Below are positions 10,708-21,900 of a stretch of DNA of 64,000 nt, piece after piece. Origin of the DNA: Blastocladiella emersonii ATCC 22665 (lineage: Eukaryota > Fungi > Blastocladiomycota); assembly GCA_025594325.1 (NCBI GenBank), contig JANHCV010000002.1, positions 558,001 to 622,000 on the forward strand, read 5' to 3'. Positions within the stretch are counted from its first letter, which is position 1; the number at the start of each line of letters is the position of its first letter. The position numbers were made by a program, and so were the translations under genes. Below the pieces are notes generated by a model that saw only the letters and a list, made by a program, of their open reading frames with translations, was not told where the DNA came from and did no database searches.

Positions 10708-12800
10708 TCAGTAACCCGGGTATCGCAGGTCGCCGTGCTCGGACATATACTCGACGAGGCCGCGGCAAAACTCGTTGGTCGACACCGTCTCGCCTACACG
10801 CACCCCCGACGAACGAGGTCCGTTAGCACCCATCAACCCACTGACAACGCACCCAGAGATAACGTACTGTCGCAGATGACACACAAATGCCGCCTGGCGC
10901 GGGTGATCGCAACATTGAGCCGGCGGCGCTCCGCGAGGAACCCGACCTCGCGCGCGTCGTTGCTGCGGACGAGCGAGATGACGACCGCCTCCTTTTCGCG
11001 GCCCTGCATGCCGTCAATCGACCCGACCTCGATCGCGAGCTCCTCGGTCGACCCGACGACTGCGGCGGGCAGGTCGCCCGCAGCCGCGGTGGCGCGCAGG
11101 CAGTCCTTGATGAGCGCGACCTGCGCATTGTACGGCGTGAGGACGACGACGTCGCGCGGCGGTAGGCCGGCCTCGACGAGCGTGCGGACGTGCGCGACGA
11201 CGAGGTCGGCCTCGCCCTCGTTGCATTTCGAGTCGGCGGCGAGCGGGTTCGCGCCGTCCGCGTCGCCGCGCGTCTCGAGCAGGTCGCACCCGGCCGTGTC
11301 GATGAGGACGAGCGTCGCGCGCGTGTCTTCCGTGTCCGTGAGGTGCGGCAGGTCGGGCAGGACGTGGGCGGCTACCGTGTCGTGCGCTTCGAGCTTGCCG
11401 TCGTACAGTGCGGCGCTCGAGTAGCCCATGATGTCCGCGTGCATGCGGTACTGCACCGAAAGCAACCGCGCGACGGCGTCGCCGTGTCGCTGCATGAGCC
11501 GCTCGAACAGCGTCGTCGCGAGCACGCCCGCAGTCGTGCCCGTCGACGCCTTGATGGTCGGCGGGAGCTGCAGATGGTCGCCGGCCAGGATCGCGCGGCG
11601 GCCCTTGAGCAGCGCGGTCCAGCACTCGGGCTCTACACTCGGCGCGGGATGAGCGCGGCTTTGCAACAAGATGACGGAGTTGAGAGCGTACCGAGCGCCT
11701 GCGCGCACTCGTCGATAATCACCGTGTCAAAGTCGTACTTGCCGAGCTTCCTGCTGCCCGCGCCGTTAAGCGTCGTGAGCACGACCTTGGCCTGCGTCAA
11801 CAAGTTCGCGACAACGTTGGCCTCGCGCGCGCGCTGCTCCTTGCGCAGGAGCTTGACGTCCGCATAAATCGCACGCCGCTCGACGCGGCTGCGGGTCTTG
11901 CGGACGCCGGCGAGCTTGGTGTCGATATCGCGGACGACGTCGGCGACGATCTGGCCCTCGTCGCAGGTGCGGACGCGGACGTCGAGGCAGTGGGCGAGGA
12001 CCGAGGGCAGGACGCGCGCCGGGTGGCCGATGCGCAGGACGGGGAGCTTGGTGGGCGCGAGCCGCTCGACGACGTTGTCGACCGAGATGTTGGAGGGCCC
12101 GCAGAACAGGACCTTTTCGCCGCGCGCGACGAGCTGGCGCACGATCTCGATCAGGGTCTGGGTCTTACCAGTGCCGGGCTAAAAGTGTTCTCGGGGTCAG
12201 TACGTCGCGCGAGGAGACGCAGTGAGTTCGAGCGCACAGGTCCGTGGATCAGTGCGACATCCGACGCCGTGAGCGCGAATCGGACCGCCTCCTTCTGGCT
12301 CGCGTTGAGGTCCGGGTTGAACAGCTTGAGCGGCTTCGTGCTCGACTCGTCAAACGACGGCGCCCCGAGCCCGAGCAGGACACGCGGGAGCGACGACCGT
12401 TGCGCGGCCGGGTGCTTGCCGTCGACGGCGTCCGTCAGGTCGCGCAGCGTCGCCTGCAGCCGCTTGTACGTGATCTCGTTGGCGAGGCGGATACTACACG
12501 AGATGTCAGTTCCGAGGGCATGGTGGAGCTGCGACGGGTGAAGCGTACATGCGCAGCTTCTCGCTGAGCTCGTCCGACGGATCGTCATCGAGAACGAGCG
12601 TGATTTTCGCCTCGGTGACGCGGTACACGACGCCGCTGGTCGCGCTGCCCGCCTTACCGCTGCCGCCGTCCGCGGGTTTCGCGGAGGTGGGGCGGTCGGA
12701 CGAGCTGTGGTTCTCGAGCGCGACAATGTCGCCGGTGCGCAGCTTGTGCGGCGGGAGCGCGTCGACGCCCGGGGTTCCGGGTTTCAGATCGTCGAGACTC
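10708..12800 (-). CDS. HCS1: SF1B DNA/RNA helicase HCS1/IGHMBP2 (SMUBP-2), multi-exon; first exon not identifiable (probably 5'-truncated)
   Basis: LNASQKEAV...LIHGP|PGTGKT, CGPSNISVDN, VIIDECAQ, LAGDHLQLPP, LSVQYRMH, VGSIDGMQGREKEAV, RRLNVAITRARR motifs; stop at 10708. Confidence 0.9.
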
Positions 12801-12925
12801 GCAGTGGGCGGATGTCAGAGATCGGGTGAGGAAGTGAGACTGCGTCGCGCGCACGTACCAAATATCACACAGTGATCAGTTCAACGGCCTTCCTGATACC
12901 AGCTCCTTCAGGCTCGGCGGCGAAA

Positions 12926-12947
12926 CGCGTTGCGCCACATCAGCTGA
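12926..12947 (+). promoter_or_regulatory. Motif 1 copy (ACGCGTTGCGCCACATCAGCTGA)
   Basis: Exact match to consensus. Confidence 0.7.
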
Positions 12948-13019
12948 TGGCCGATCGTTAGCGAAACGCCACAAGTTGTTTTTTCCCGTCACCTTCGCTG
13001 CGACCCGCGCGATCGATTT

Positions 13020-13170
13020 TCTGCCTTACACAACGTTAACGAATGAAATGGCTCATGCAACTTTGTGCAACGCTATTTACAATTAACCCGGCAGTGATCT
13101 TTCGGGCGGAGCCTCTCCATGTCGCCTTGTCCCGCGGCTCTAAACTGACTCGACCGGATCCTTTCCTCTC
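13020..13170 (+). pseudogene. Highly decayed 5' relic of an F-box family gene
   Basis: TNEM and PAVIFRAEPLHVALSRGSKL resemble copy 1 TNEM and PDAVLCCATRELSAVSRSPRV; lies at the usual distance behind motif 1. Confidence 0.45.
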
Positions 13171-13293
13171 GGGGCGGAGGCGTCATGCAGACCGAGATAA
13201 TGAGATTAAATGCAAACATTTATGTTCTTTGAAAGAAGCAGCAGAGAATTATGATGTACATGTAAGAGGTTAGCGCTGCAGTCTGGCGTCAGC

Positions 13294-14505
13294 CTAGGCG
13301 ACGGTCGGCGCGGCGACCGCGGCAATGGCGTCGTGGACGCTCGGGTCGGCCGAGACGTTAGCCGTCGTCGAGGCGAGGGCCGACGCGAGCTCGTCGTGGC
13401 CGCTGCCACCCATGATGTGGAACGAGTTGTCGTTGCACGGGACGCCGCCGTGCGCGTGTCCGCCGTAGCCCGCGCCCGAACCAAAGCTGTGGCCGCCATA
13501 GCCAGCGTCACCTGACGACCACGAATGCTGCCAGCCGTTGCCCCAGCTCGACCCATCGTTGTGCGACCACGAGTGGGAGTGGTCCCAGCCGTTGTTACCC
13601 GAGTGGCCCGAATGGCCCGTGTGCGCGCCCGAGCCGGTATGGTGGCCGAAACCGGTGTCGTGCTGGTGGTGGTGGTTGCCGCCGTTCCAGTTGCCCGAGT
13701 GCTGACCGTTTCCATGGGCGCCGCCATTGAACGAGCCATCTCGGTGGCCGGCATCGTGTTGCTGGTGGTTGCCGTTGTGCGATCCTCCGTTGTGGGAGCC
13801 CGAGCCGTGGCCATGAGACCCGCCCGAGTGCGATCCTCCGTTGTGGGAGCCCGAGCCGTGGCCGTGAGAACCGCTCGAGTGCGAGCCGCCCTGGTGAGCG
13901 CCCGAGCCGTGGCCGTGAGACCCGCCCGAGTGCGATCCTCCGTTGTGGGAGCCCGAGCCGTGGCCGTGAGAACCGCCCGAGTGCGAGCCGCCCTGGTGAG
14001 CGCCCGAGCCGTGGCCGTGCGACCCGCCCGAGTGCGAGCCGCCCTGGTGAGCGCCCGAGCCGTGGCCGTGCGACCCGCCCGAGTGCGAGCCCGATCCATG
14101 GTTGCCGAAACCACCGTTGAACCCGCCGTTGAAGCCTCCGTCGTGCTGGCTGTGGCCGTTGCCCGAGTGCCCGCCTGAGCCGCTGTGGTGCGAGCCCGAG
14201 CCTGAGCCGTAGCCGCCGTTGAACCCGCCGTTGTGCGAGCCGGAACCGTGTCCGCCGACGTTTCCGCCGACATGGCCACCGTGCGAATGGCCGCCGTGCG
14301 AGGCATGGCCGCCGTGCGAGGCATGGCCGCCGTGCGAGACGTGGCCGCCGTGCGAGACGTGGCCGCCGTGCGAGACGTGGCCGCCGTGCGAGGCATGGCC
14401 GCCGTGCGAGACGTGGCCGCCGTGCAAGACGTGGCCGCCGTGCAAGACGTGGCCGCCATGCGAGGCGTGCGAGGCGTGGCCGTGCGAGATGTAGCCGAAC
14501 GTCAT
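13294..14505 (-). CDS. Intronless His/Gly/Ser-rich repeat protein, 403 aa, unknown function
   Basis: AAAAATG start; about 12 HGGH(A/V)(S/L) hexapeptide repeats, 5-6 GSHSGGSHGHGSG(A/S)H(Q/N)G repeats; non-repetitive C-terminal tail. Confidence 0.8.
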   Translation of the reverse strand: MTFGYISHGHASHASHGGHVLHGGHVLHGGHVSHGGHASHGGHVSHGGHVSHGGHVSHGGHASHGGHASHGGHSHGGHVGGNVGGHGSGSHNGGFNGGYGSGSGSHHSGSGGHSGNGHSQHDGGFNGGFNGGFGNHGSGSHSGGSHGHGSGAHQGGSHSGGSHGHGSGAHQGGSHSGGSHGHGSGSHNGGSHSGGSHGHGSGAHQGGSHSSGSHGHGSGSHNGGSHSGGSHGHGSGSHNGGSHNGNHQQHDAGHRDGSFNGGAHGNGQHSGNWNGGNHHHQHDTGFGHHTGSGAHTGHSGHSGNNGWDHSHSWSHNDGSSWGNGWQHSWSSGDAGYGGHSFGSGAGYGGHAHGGVPCNDNSFHIMGGSGHDELASALASTTANVSADPSVHDAIAAVAAPTVA

Positions 14506-15189
14506 TTTTGAGGTTTGAGGGAGGTAGACCAGCTAGCCGATGGATTGGTTTTGTTGCTCGAGAGACCGGCTCGTCGAGTGTTGGTGGATGGGGTGAAGTT
14601 CAACGAGGAGAGGAGCGTGGAACCGGCAGGTTTTGTAGTCGGCGGCTGCCCGCCCACCTGAACTCGCGCTGGTCCACATGTACGTGCGCGCGGTCCCTCG
14701 CAGCACACGCCATATTTAGGCAAAGCCCCGCCCGCAGCGCATCGCAGCGGGTATGAAGCTATACAGGTAAAGCGAACGAGCCGTGCTGCGCCACCTCGAC
14801 CATGAACTGTTCGCACGAGCCGCCACGGGAGTGTTCACGCCTTCGGCTGCTCAGCCACCACGACTCCACTCCGAGCCACGAAATGAGCCTCGTGGGACGT
14901 AAAATGTATGGCAGGGACGGACCCGGCGGAATCTCGCCATGTCAGCATGTGCGCGGAGTCCTTCACACGTGGAGAGCGGTGGGACTATTTCCGACTTCGA
15001 GCGGCGGCGGTGAAAGAAGTGGCGGTGTGGCGCGACGCGTCGCCCGCGCGATCAAACTCCTGATCAGGGAGAGCGCCGACGAGGGAAGCTGAAATTGAGC
15101 CAGTTTTCAACGCAGACCGTCCCCGCAAGTAACAAAGAGTCCGCTTCGGGTTTCAAAACCGACGCGCTGGAGTAGTGGATGGTGAGTGA

Positions 15190-16130
15190 GTGTTGCCAAA
15201 TCGAGGGCTGCCCAGCCAGGTCAAGCACTGCGCCGCTTAAGTAGATGTCGAACTGTTGCGCAAGGAGCAGCGCGCGCGAGGCCAACGTCGCCCCAACCCT
15301 CCTCACGCAGGCCAAGCTTGTGCTTACGACACTGAACGGCGCGGAAGAAGGAAGCTTGGCAAGTACGAGTTTGACACGGTCATTATCGACAAGTTCGCGC
15401 ACGCGCTCGGTGAGTTTTTGATTCGCTTGGGTTTCATTTAGCCGTGCTCCGCTCTCGTAGTGTGTTGAGCCCGAGTGCTGGACCGCACTGCTCAGGGGCC
15501 GCCGCGCAATCCTGGCCAGCGACCACCTGCAGCTCCCGCCGATCACTAAAACTACTGGCACGACCGCGGGCGTGCTCGCGACGACGCTTTTCGAGCGGCT
15601 CATCCAGGGACACGGCGACGCCGTCGCGCGGTTGCTCTCAGTGCAGTACCGCATGCACGCGGACATCATGGGCTACTCGAGCGCCGCACTGTACGACGGC
15701 AAGCTCGAGGCGCACTCGTCCGTCGCTGCACACGTCCTGCCCGACCTCCCTCATTTGACGGATACCGACGACACGCACGCAACGCTTGTCCTCATCGACA
15801 CGGCCGGGTGCGACCTGCTCGAGACGCGCGGCGACGCGGACGGCGCGAACCCGCTCGCCGCCGACTCGAAATGCAACGAGGGCGAGGCCGACCTCGTCGT
15901 CGCGCACCTCCGCGCGCTCGTCGAGGCCGGCCTACCGCCGCGCGACGTCGTCGTCCTCACGCCGTACAATGCGCAGGTCGCGCTCATCAAGGACTGCCTG
16001 CGCGCCGCCGCGGCTGCGGGCGACCTGCCTCCCGTGGCGAATGCGGGGGCCGGCAGCGAGGAGCTCATGCGCGAGGTCCGTCTCCTCGCTGAGCGGCCCC
16101 GAGCGAACGTCACATTCACTGGGCTCCCAC
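15190..16130 (+). pseudogene. Partial inverted duplicate of HCS1 (internal part), with retained intron, frameshift and internal deletion
   Basis: Near-identical to about 11040-11860(-) (LATTLFERL...DLLETRGDADGANPLAADSKCNEGEADLVV); GSIDGMQGREKEAV segment missing. Confidence 0.9.
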
Positions 16131-18986
16131 ACCTGAAAGTAGGCGCGTTTGCGGCAGTGAGCTCAACCATTCAATACGTGTTATACAAAGTTCGGCGTGA
16201 CAGCAACGACAGACTGGCAACATGCAAGGTGAATAGGCAGACAAGCGTGTAGGAGCCGAGTGACGATGGCAAACCAAGTCGAGGGTACATTCCGCTACAG
16301 CGGCGAGCTCTTTTTCACGACGCTGAAGCGAGCTGTACCCACGCCACAGCTGCGCGACTGCACGCAGCAAGAATGTGTTGCTGGGGCAGCAGAATATAGC
16401 TTCCTATTGAAGAGGGTTGATTGGACGTTGTCAGGTCAGCAACATCAACGCCGTCCGTCTTGGTGCCCAAACACGCGGCTCCGTACACCAGTGCGAAGTG
16501 GACAAAGTCTGCCAAAGTAGCGAATCGATCACCCAATGGGAAGCTCAGTGTCTCTTGTACAAGAGTCCAGAGAACGGGCGACGGATAGTGTCCCGACGAG
16601 AGCTTAATCCAACGGATTTACTCTGCAAAAATCAAAATCCAGTACCACACGGTAAACGCTTCCACAAATAATGAACTCGTTCATTGAGCGGTGTATAAGG
16701 GGAAGGAATGCATGCGAGGTGCTCGAAAGAGGTCCCTGGACCATTATATCATGTCGTGGCGAGTGAAGGCCAATTTCGCGAGCGTGGTGGCAAACACACA
16801 CCATTCCGATGACCCCAGCGAAGCGCAAAGGACGGCTGAGGATGCGCTGTTGCTTAGAACACGCGTGCAATCAGAGACAAGAGTTCGTCAAAGACATGTT
16901 GTCCTCGAAGGCGTGCATACGCTGAACATGCCTTGAGAGAGTACTGATCGCTGCTGCTGGATACATCCACCGAATCCCGCCTCGGAGCACCATTCAATCC
17001 AAGCCATCGATAAAAAGCATTGTCCTCGGCTGAGAGCGTTGCAGGACACATAGGGGAGCCAGTCGCCGCGATCGTGAACCACGACCATGTCGAGCTGCGC
17101 CGCGCGAAGCTGTGTATATCATTCCAGGGCGGGAGGAGCCTTCATTGCAGCAAGTGTATTCCATGTAAGATCGGCAGGGTGTCAACAGCCGGAGCGAGAC
17201 GCGCAACTCGGCGCCGCGGAGGGGCGCGCGACGCGGGCTGACGCGCGAGTCACTGTCAGCCGTCCCACGTGCGGCCTGCCGGTCGCGGCTCACCACCGCC
17301 GCGCTCGCGAACAGTTCTAGCCCTCACCTTTCCTCCGCAACCCAATGAATCTCATGGATACTTGATGCAACCACCTTTAACGAGCTATGCAACCACAGCC
17401 TAGTGGACCGGCGGCCGCCGCGGAGGCGAACATCTCATTGCTTGCGGCGCCGAGCGCTGGCGACGTCACGATCACACTACTCGTGTCGTGCCTGGAGCGA
17501 CTTGGTATGCTTGCGATCATGGTACAGTCAGGTCTTGACCGAAGCGACGCGGATGGCCTGGGACATATGATCGGGGGTCAGCACGTCATCTTTCACGATC
17601 CCGATTCACGGTCGCGTCGCCAGCCGCGTCGGACATTCTCTACGCGAAACGCTACCCATTAAATCTTCTTGCAGATAAAATGCTCCCGAACAATCGCGCG
17701 ATCTCCAACGAGCTGCACGTCCCCGTTGAAAGCTTCGAAATAGACGTGGGCTTGACTTCTTGGATTTAAAGCTCAACGAGGATCACCAACTCATCAGCGC
17801 CACAAGCATGTGAGCTGTTAAGTTCATCCCTCCTTTTTCATGAGAAACCGATGCGACTACCACAACTATGCACCCCACCCGCCTCGTCTCGCAATTCCGC
17901 GTCTGCTCCACATACGCATTCTCGCCTGGACAACAGCACCAACGCGACCGATCCATGGCCCAGCACCCGCGCCGGCCTGTTGCCCCGCCGCGAAACCCGC
18001 CGCTTACTTTCCCCGCCCTCACGCTGCAGTTCACGGACCGCGCTCCGTGCACGGATGGGAGATCGCGTTCCCCTTGCTGCGTCGCGGGGGCGAGAGCAGG
18101 TCGCCGGTCGTTGGCGTACGGCATCGCGCGCAACTTCGGCCTCTAGGCGCGTGTGCTGGATGATGGATCCACTCGACGGTCCTCTCAAGTCAAGGCGGGC
18201 TGGCGGCATGAGCTCACCGCGCGGTGACGCGGGGACAGAGCCTTGGGCGAGTGTAGCTCACGGATTAATGTCTCAATCAATACAGCTTGTTTGCGTAGCA
18301 TCGCTCACTCTACGCTTCTCGCGTGAGCAGCTCCGGCTGCCGTGAGGGATGGTACACTGAGGGCGAGCGACGCATGGTCGATGATTGAGTGTTTCCCCGG
18401 GCGACTTGACGAGCGTCGCGCATCTTCGTTCACGTCTCGTGGTGCGACGTCTGTTCTTCCGATCGCGTGTCTCGCCGCATGCACGCAGTCATGATCAGCT
18501 GGCTCCGACCGCGGCTTGGCCACTGGCGAACCGTGCATGTACTGTCCACCGGCCGCTTCCAAGCGGTGCGCGACCGAGCGACTCGAGGCGCACCGCTCGA
18601 CGCGAACCGACGAGCTCGCGCGCGAGTCAAACGCGCGGCTCGCGACCCCGCGCAGCCGCTCCTGAACGCTTTCCTCCTTGTGCCACTTCATCTATCGCAC
18701 CACGCTGATCGTACGCGACTCACGTCGACAATCTCGAAATTTTACGGATCCAGATATCTCCCCCGTCGCGATTTTACGTGTTCCAGCGCCGGCCGCCGCC
18801 CGTTTCAGCGCGGCGGAGTGGAGCTAGGGCGCCGCCTCACGCGCGCGCCATCTCGATTTCCCCTTCATCGTCTCCGATCGCCTCGGTGTGGCGCAAGCAA
18901 CGTTCAGATTTCCCCCCTGCCGGCCCGCCGATGTTGCACTACGCATAAGCGGATATATCATACACTCCCAAGTAACAACATCATCA

Positions 18987-21900
18987 TCACTGCTTCGCCG
19001 CTCCCGCCGCACCGCTTCCACCAACCGCCGCGGTCGGCGTGACGGCCGTGGGCGGGAAATACCGCTCGAGGACGGCGACGATATGCCCGCGGAGGAGCGG
19101 TTTGCGGAGGTACTCGGACATGCCGCACCGCAGGCCCTCGGACTCCTGCTCCTCCATGGCGTCGGCCGAGAGGCCCATGATGACGGGCCGTTTGCGCTGC
19201 TGCTCGCCCGCGGCCCCCGCCGCCGCGGCGTTCGCGGCGTTCGCCGCCAACGTCTCGTAATGCTCGACGATCGCGCGCGTGGCCTGGAACCCGTCCATGA
19301 CGGGCATACGGACGTCCATGAACACGGCGTCAAAGTCGGTGGCGAGGACCGCGTCGACGGCCTCCTGCCCGTTCTCGGCGAGCGACACGGCGTGCCCGAG
19401 CGACGCCACGATCACCTTCATGAGCCGCCGGTTCAGCGGGTTGTCGTCGACCACGAGCACGCGCAGGGACTGCTTGACGGGCGCTGGCGGGTCGGCGGCC
19501 GCGGTTCCCGCGGCGGCCGCGTCGCCAGCCGAGGCGGTCGTGCCGCTGTCGGTGCGGTTGTTCGCAGGCGGCGTCGACGCGGACTTGCCGTCGTTGGCCG
19601 CGGGCCGCTTCCCCGCATCCACCGACGACGGCGGCAGCGCGGCCGCGCTCGCGAGCCCGAGTGCCGCCTGCCGCCGCTCGCGCTCGCGGTGCCGCGCGAG
19701 GTCGACTGCGTGCCCGAGCATGCGGAACAGCTGCGACTGCTTGAACGGGCGGGTGAGCAGCGCGAGCGAGGGCGGGTGCGGGCCGAGGGGCAGGTCGGAG
19801 GTCGACGACGAGACCATGACGACGGGGATGCGGAGCCGGGCATCGAGGTCGGCCGCGGGCGGGAAACTCGCGGGCCAGGTACCCGTGACGACGACCGCGA
19901 CGTGCACGGGGGTGGCGGCGGCGGCGGTGCCCGCGGGGTCGTCGTCGGGGTCCTGCGTCGCAGCGACCCAGTGCTCGAGCGGCGCGGACCGGACGCTGAC
20001 GACGTCTCCGAACCCGGACAGCTGCTGGAGGACGACGGGGTCCGAGAAGGGCGCGGTGGTCGAGACGTCGTCGCCGCAGCACACGAGGCGGACGTGGACG
20101 GCGGGCGCGGGCGACGGCGAGCGCGGCGGGCGGCCGAGCGACAGGGTGCCGGCGGGGAACTTGGGCAGGGTGTCGAGGACGGGCGAGCTCGGGTCTCCCA
20201 AAGCCACGTCCGTGTCGCCGATCGCGGGCGGCGGGAGCGGGAGGTCGACGTCAAAGAAGAACTCGGAGCCCTTGCCGAGCTCGGACTTGACCTGCATGCG
20301 CGTGTGCATGAGGGCGCAGAGGGACTGGCAGATGGAGAGCCCGAGCCCGGTGCCGCCGTACTGGCGCGCAATCGTCTCGTCCGACTGCTCGAACCGCTCG
20401 AAGATGAGCTGGAGGTTGCCCTCGGGGATCCCGCACCCGGTGTCGACGACGGCAAAGTGGACGCGGACCGAGTCCTTGGCGGTGGCGATGCGGCGCGCGT
20501 GGAGGAGGACCGACCCGGACTCGGTGAACTTGATGGCGTTGGACAGCAGGTTGTTGAAGATCTGGCGCAGGCGGATCACGTCGCCGACGACGATGCGCGG
20601 GAGCGACCGGTCGAGGACGAACCCAATGTCGAGCCGCTTGCTCGGGACAAAGAAGCTGTCGACCGACTGTCGCACCGCCTCGTGCAGGTCAAAGGGCCGG
20701 TGCTCGAACCGGATCTTGCCGTGCTCGAGCTTGCTGAAGTCGAGAATGTCCTGTGTGGTGCGTGAGCGGTGTCAGTCGCCATGCCGAAACCCGTTTCGAA
20801 ACAGACTACGCGTACGTTGAGAATCGCGAGCAGCTGCTCGCCGGACCGCATGATGACCTGGACGTGCTCGCGCTGGTCGGTCGTGAGGTCCGTTTCGGCG
20901 AGGATGTGGACGGCCTGGATGACCTGGGCCGCGGGCGTGCGGATCTCGTGCTACACACGGCTGCCTGTTAGCACCAAACCCCGTATCCCGTCACCCGCGA
21001 AAAAAAAGACGTACACTCATATTGGCGAGGAACGTGCTCTTCGCTTTCGCCGCGGCCTCGACGACCGCGAGCTGCTGCTGGAACTCGCGGATGACCACGT
21101 CGTTGAGCTGCCGCAGCTGCGCCGAGTACAGGTACGCGCCGAAGAAGGACGTGAGCTGCTTGACGAACCCGCGCGCGCGGTCCGCGTCGGGGAGGTCGGC
21201 GACGGACGCCGGGTCGAGCCCGAACCACGTCGACGGGACGTCCGATTCGCTCTCGTCGGCGGCTACCGCGCTTCGGCCACCCTCGCACGGCGACGGGGAA
21301 GGACGCGCGTCGCCGACCCACGGCGTGAGCGCGAGCACGCCGAGCTTGCGGCCGTTGAAGTGGACGGGGAGGTACAGGGCGACGGGGCGAGCTGCCGCCG
21401 CGTCCCGACCCCGCGCCGCCTGGTCGTGGTCGCGGCACGGGAGGTACGTGGCGACCTCGCGCATGGTGTGGTGGCACCGCGCGACGGCGGGGAGGCGGTC
21501 GAGCGGGATCGCGACGTCGGCGTCGCCGGGGCTCGCCCACGGGTCGGTCAGGTGCGGTGGGAGCGGGACCGATGGCGGCGCCGCTGCAGCCGCGGCGGCC
21601 GTTTCGGCAGCGGTGGCGGCGGTCCGCTCGCGCGACGACGCTCCAGTGCCGCCGTAAAAGTGCTCCTGGATATGCGCGCGGATAGCGGGTTTCGGGTAAA
21701 AGGCGACGTTGCGGGCGAACCGCGGGCGCAGGAACGCGAGGAACCGGTCGACGACCTGGCCGGGGTCGCGCAGGTTGGCCATGGAGATGGTCAGGTGCAT
21801 GGCGTCGTCGCGCGACGAGGAAGAGGAGGGGTCCTCGGTTGACACGGGTGCGGCCGACTCGGTCACCGTCGCTGTCGCGGGCTCGGTGCCGGAGTCGTCG

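Noticed and set aside
13340-14490. Regular 18-bp and 51-bp repeats that could resemble a CRISPR array
   Set aside because: Contiguous in-frame coding repeats with no unique spacers; eukaryotic context; no cas genes
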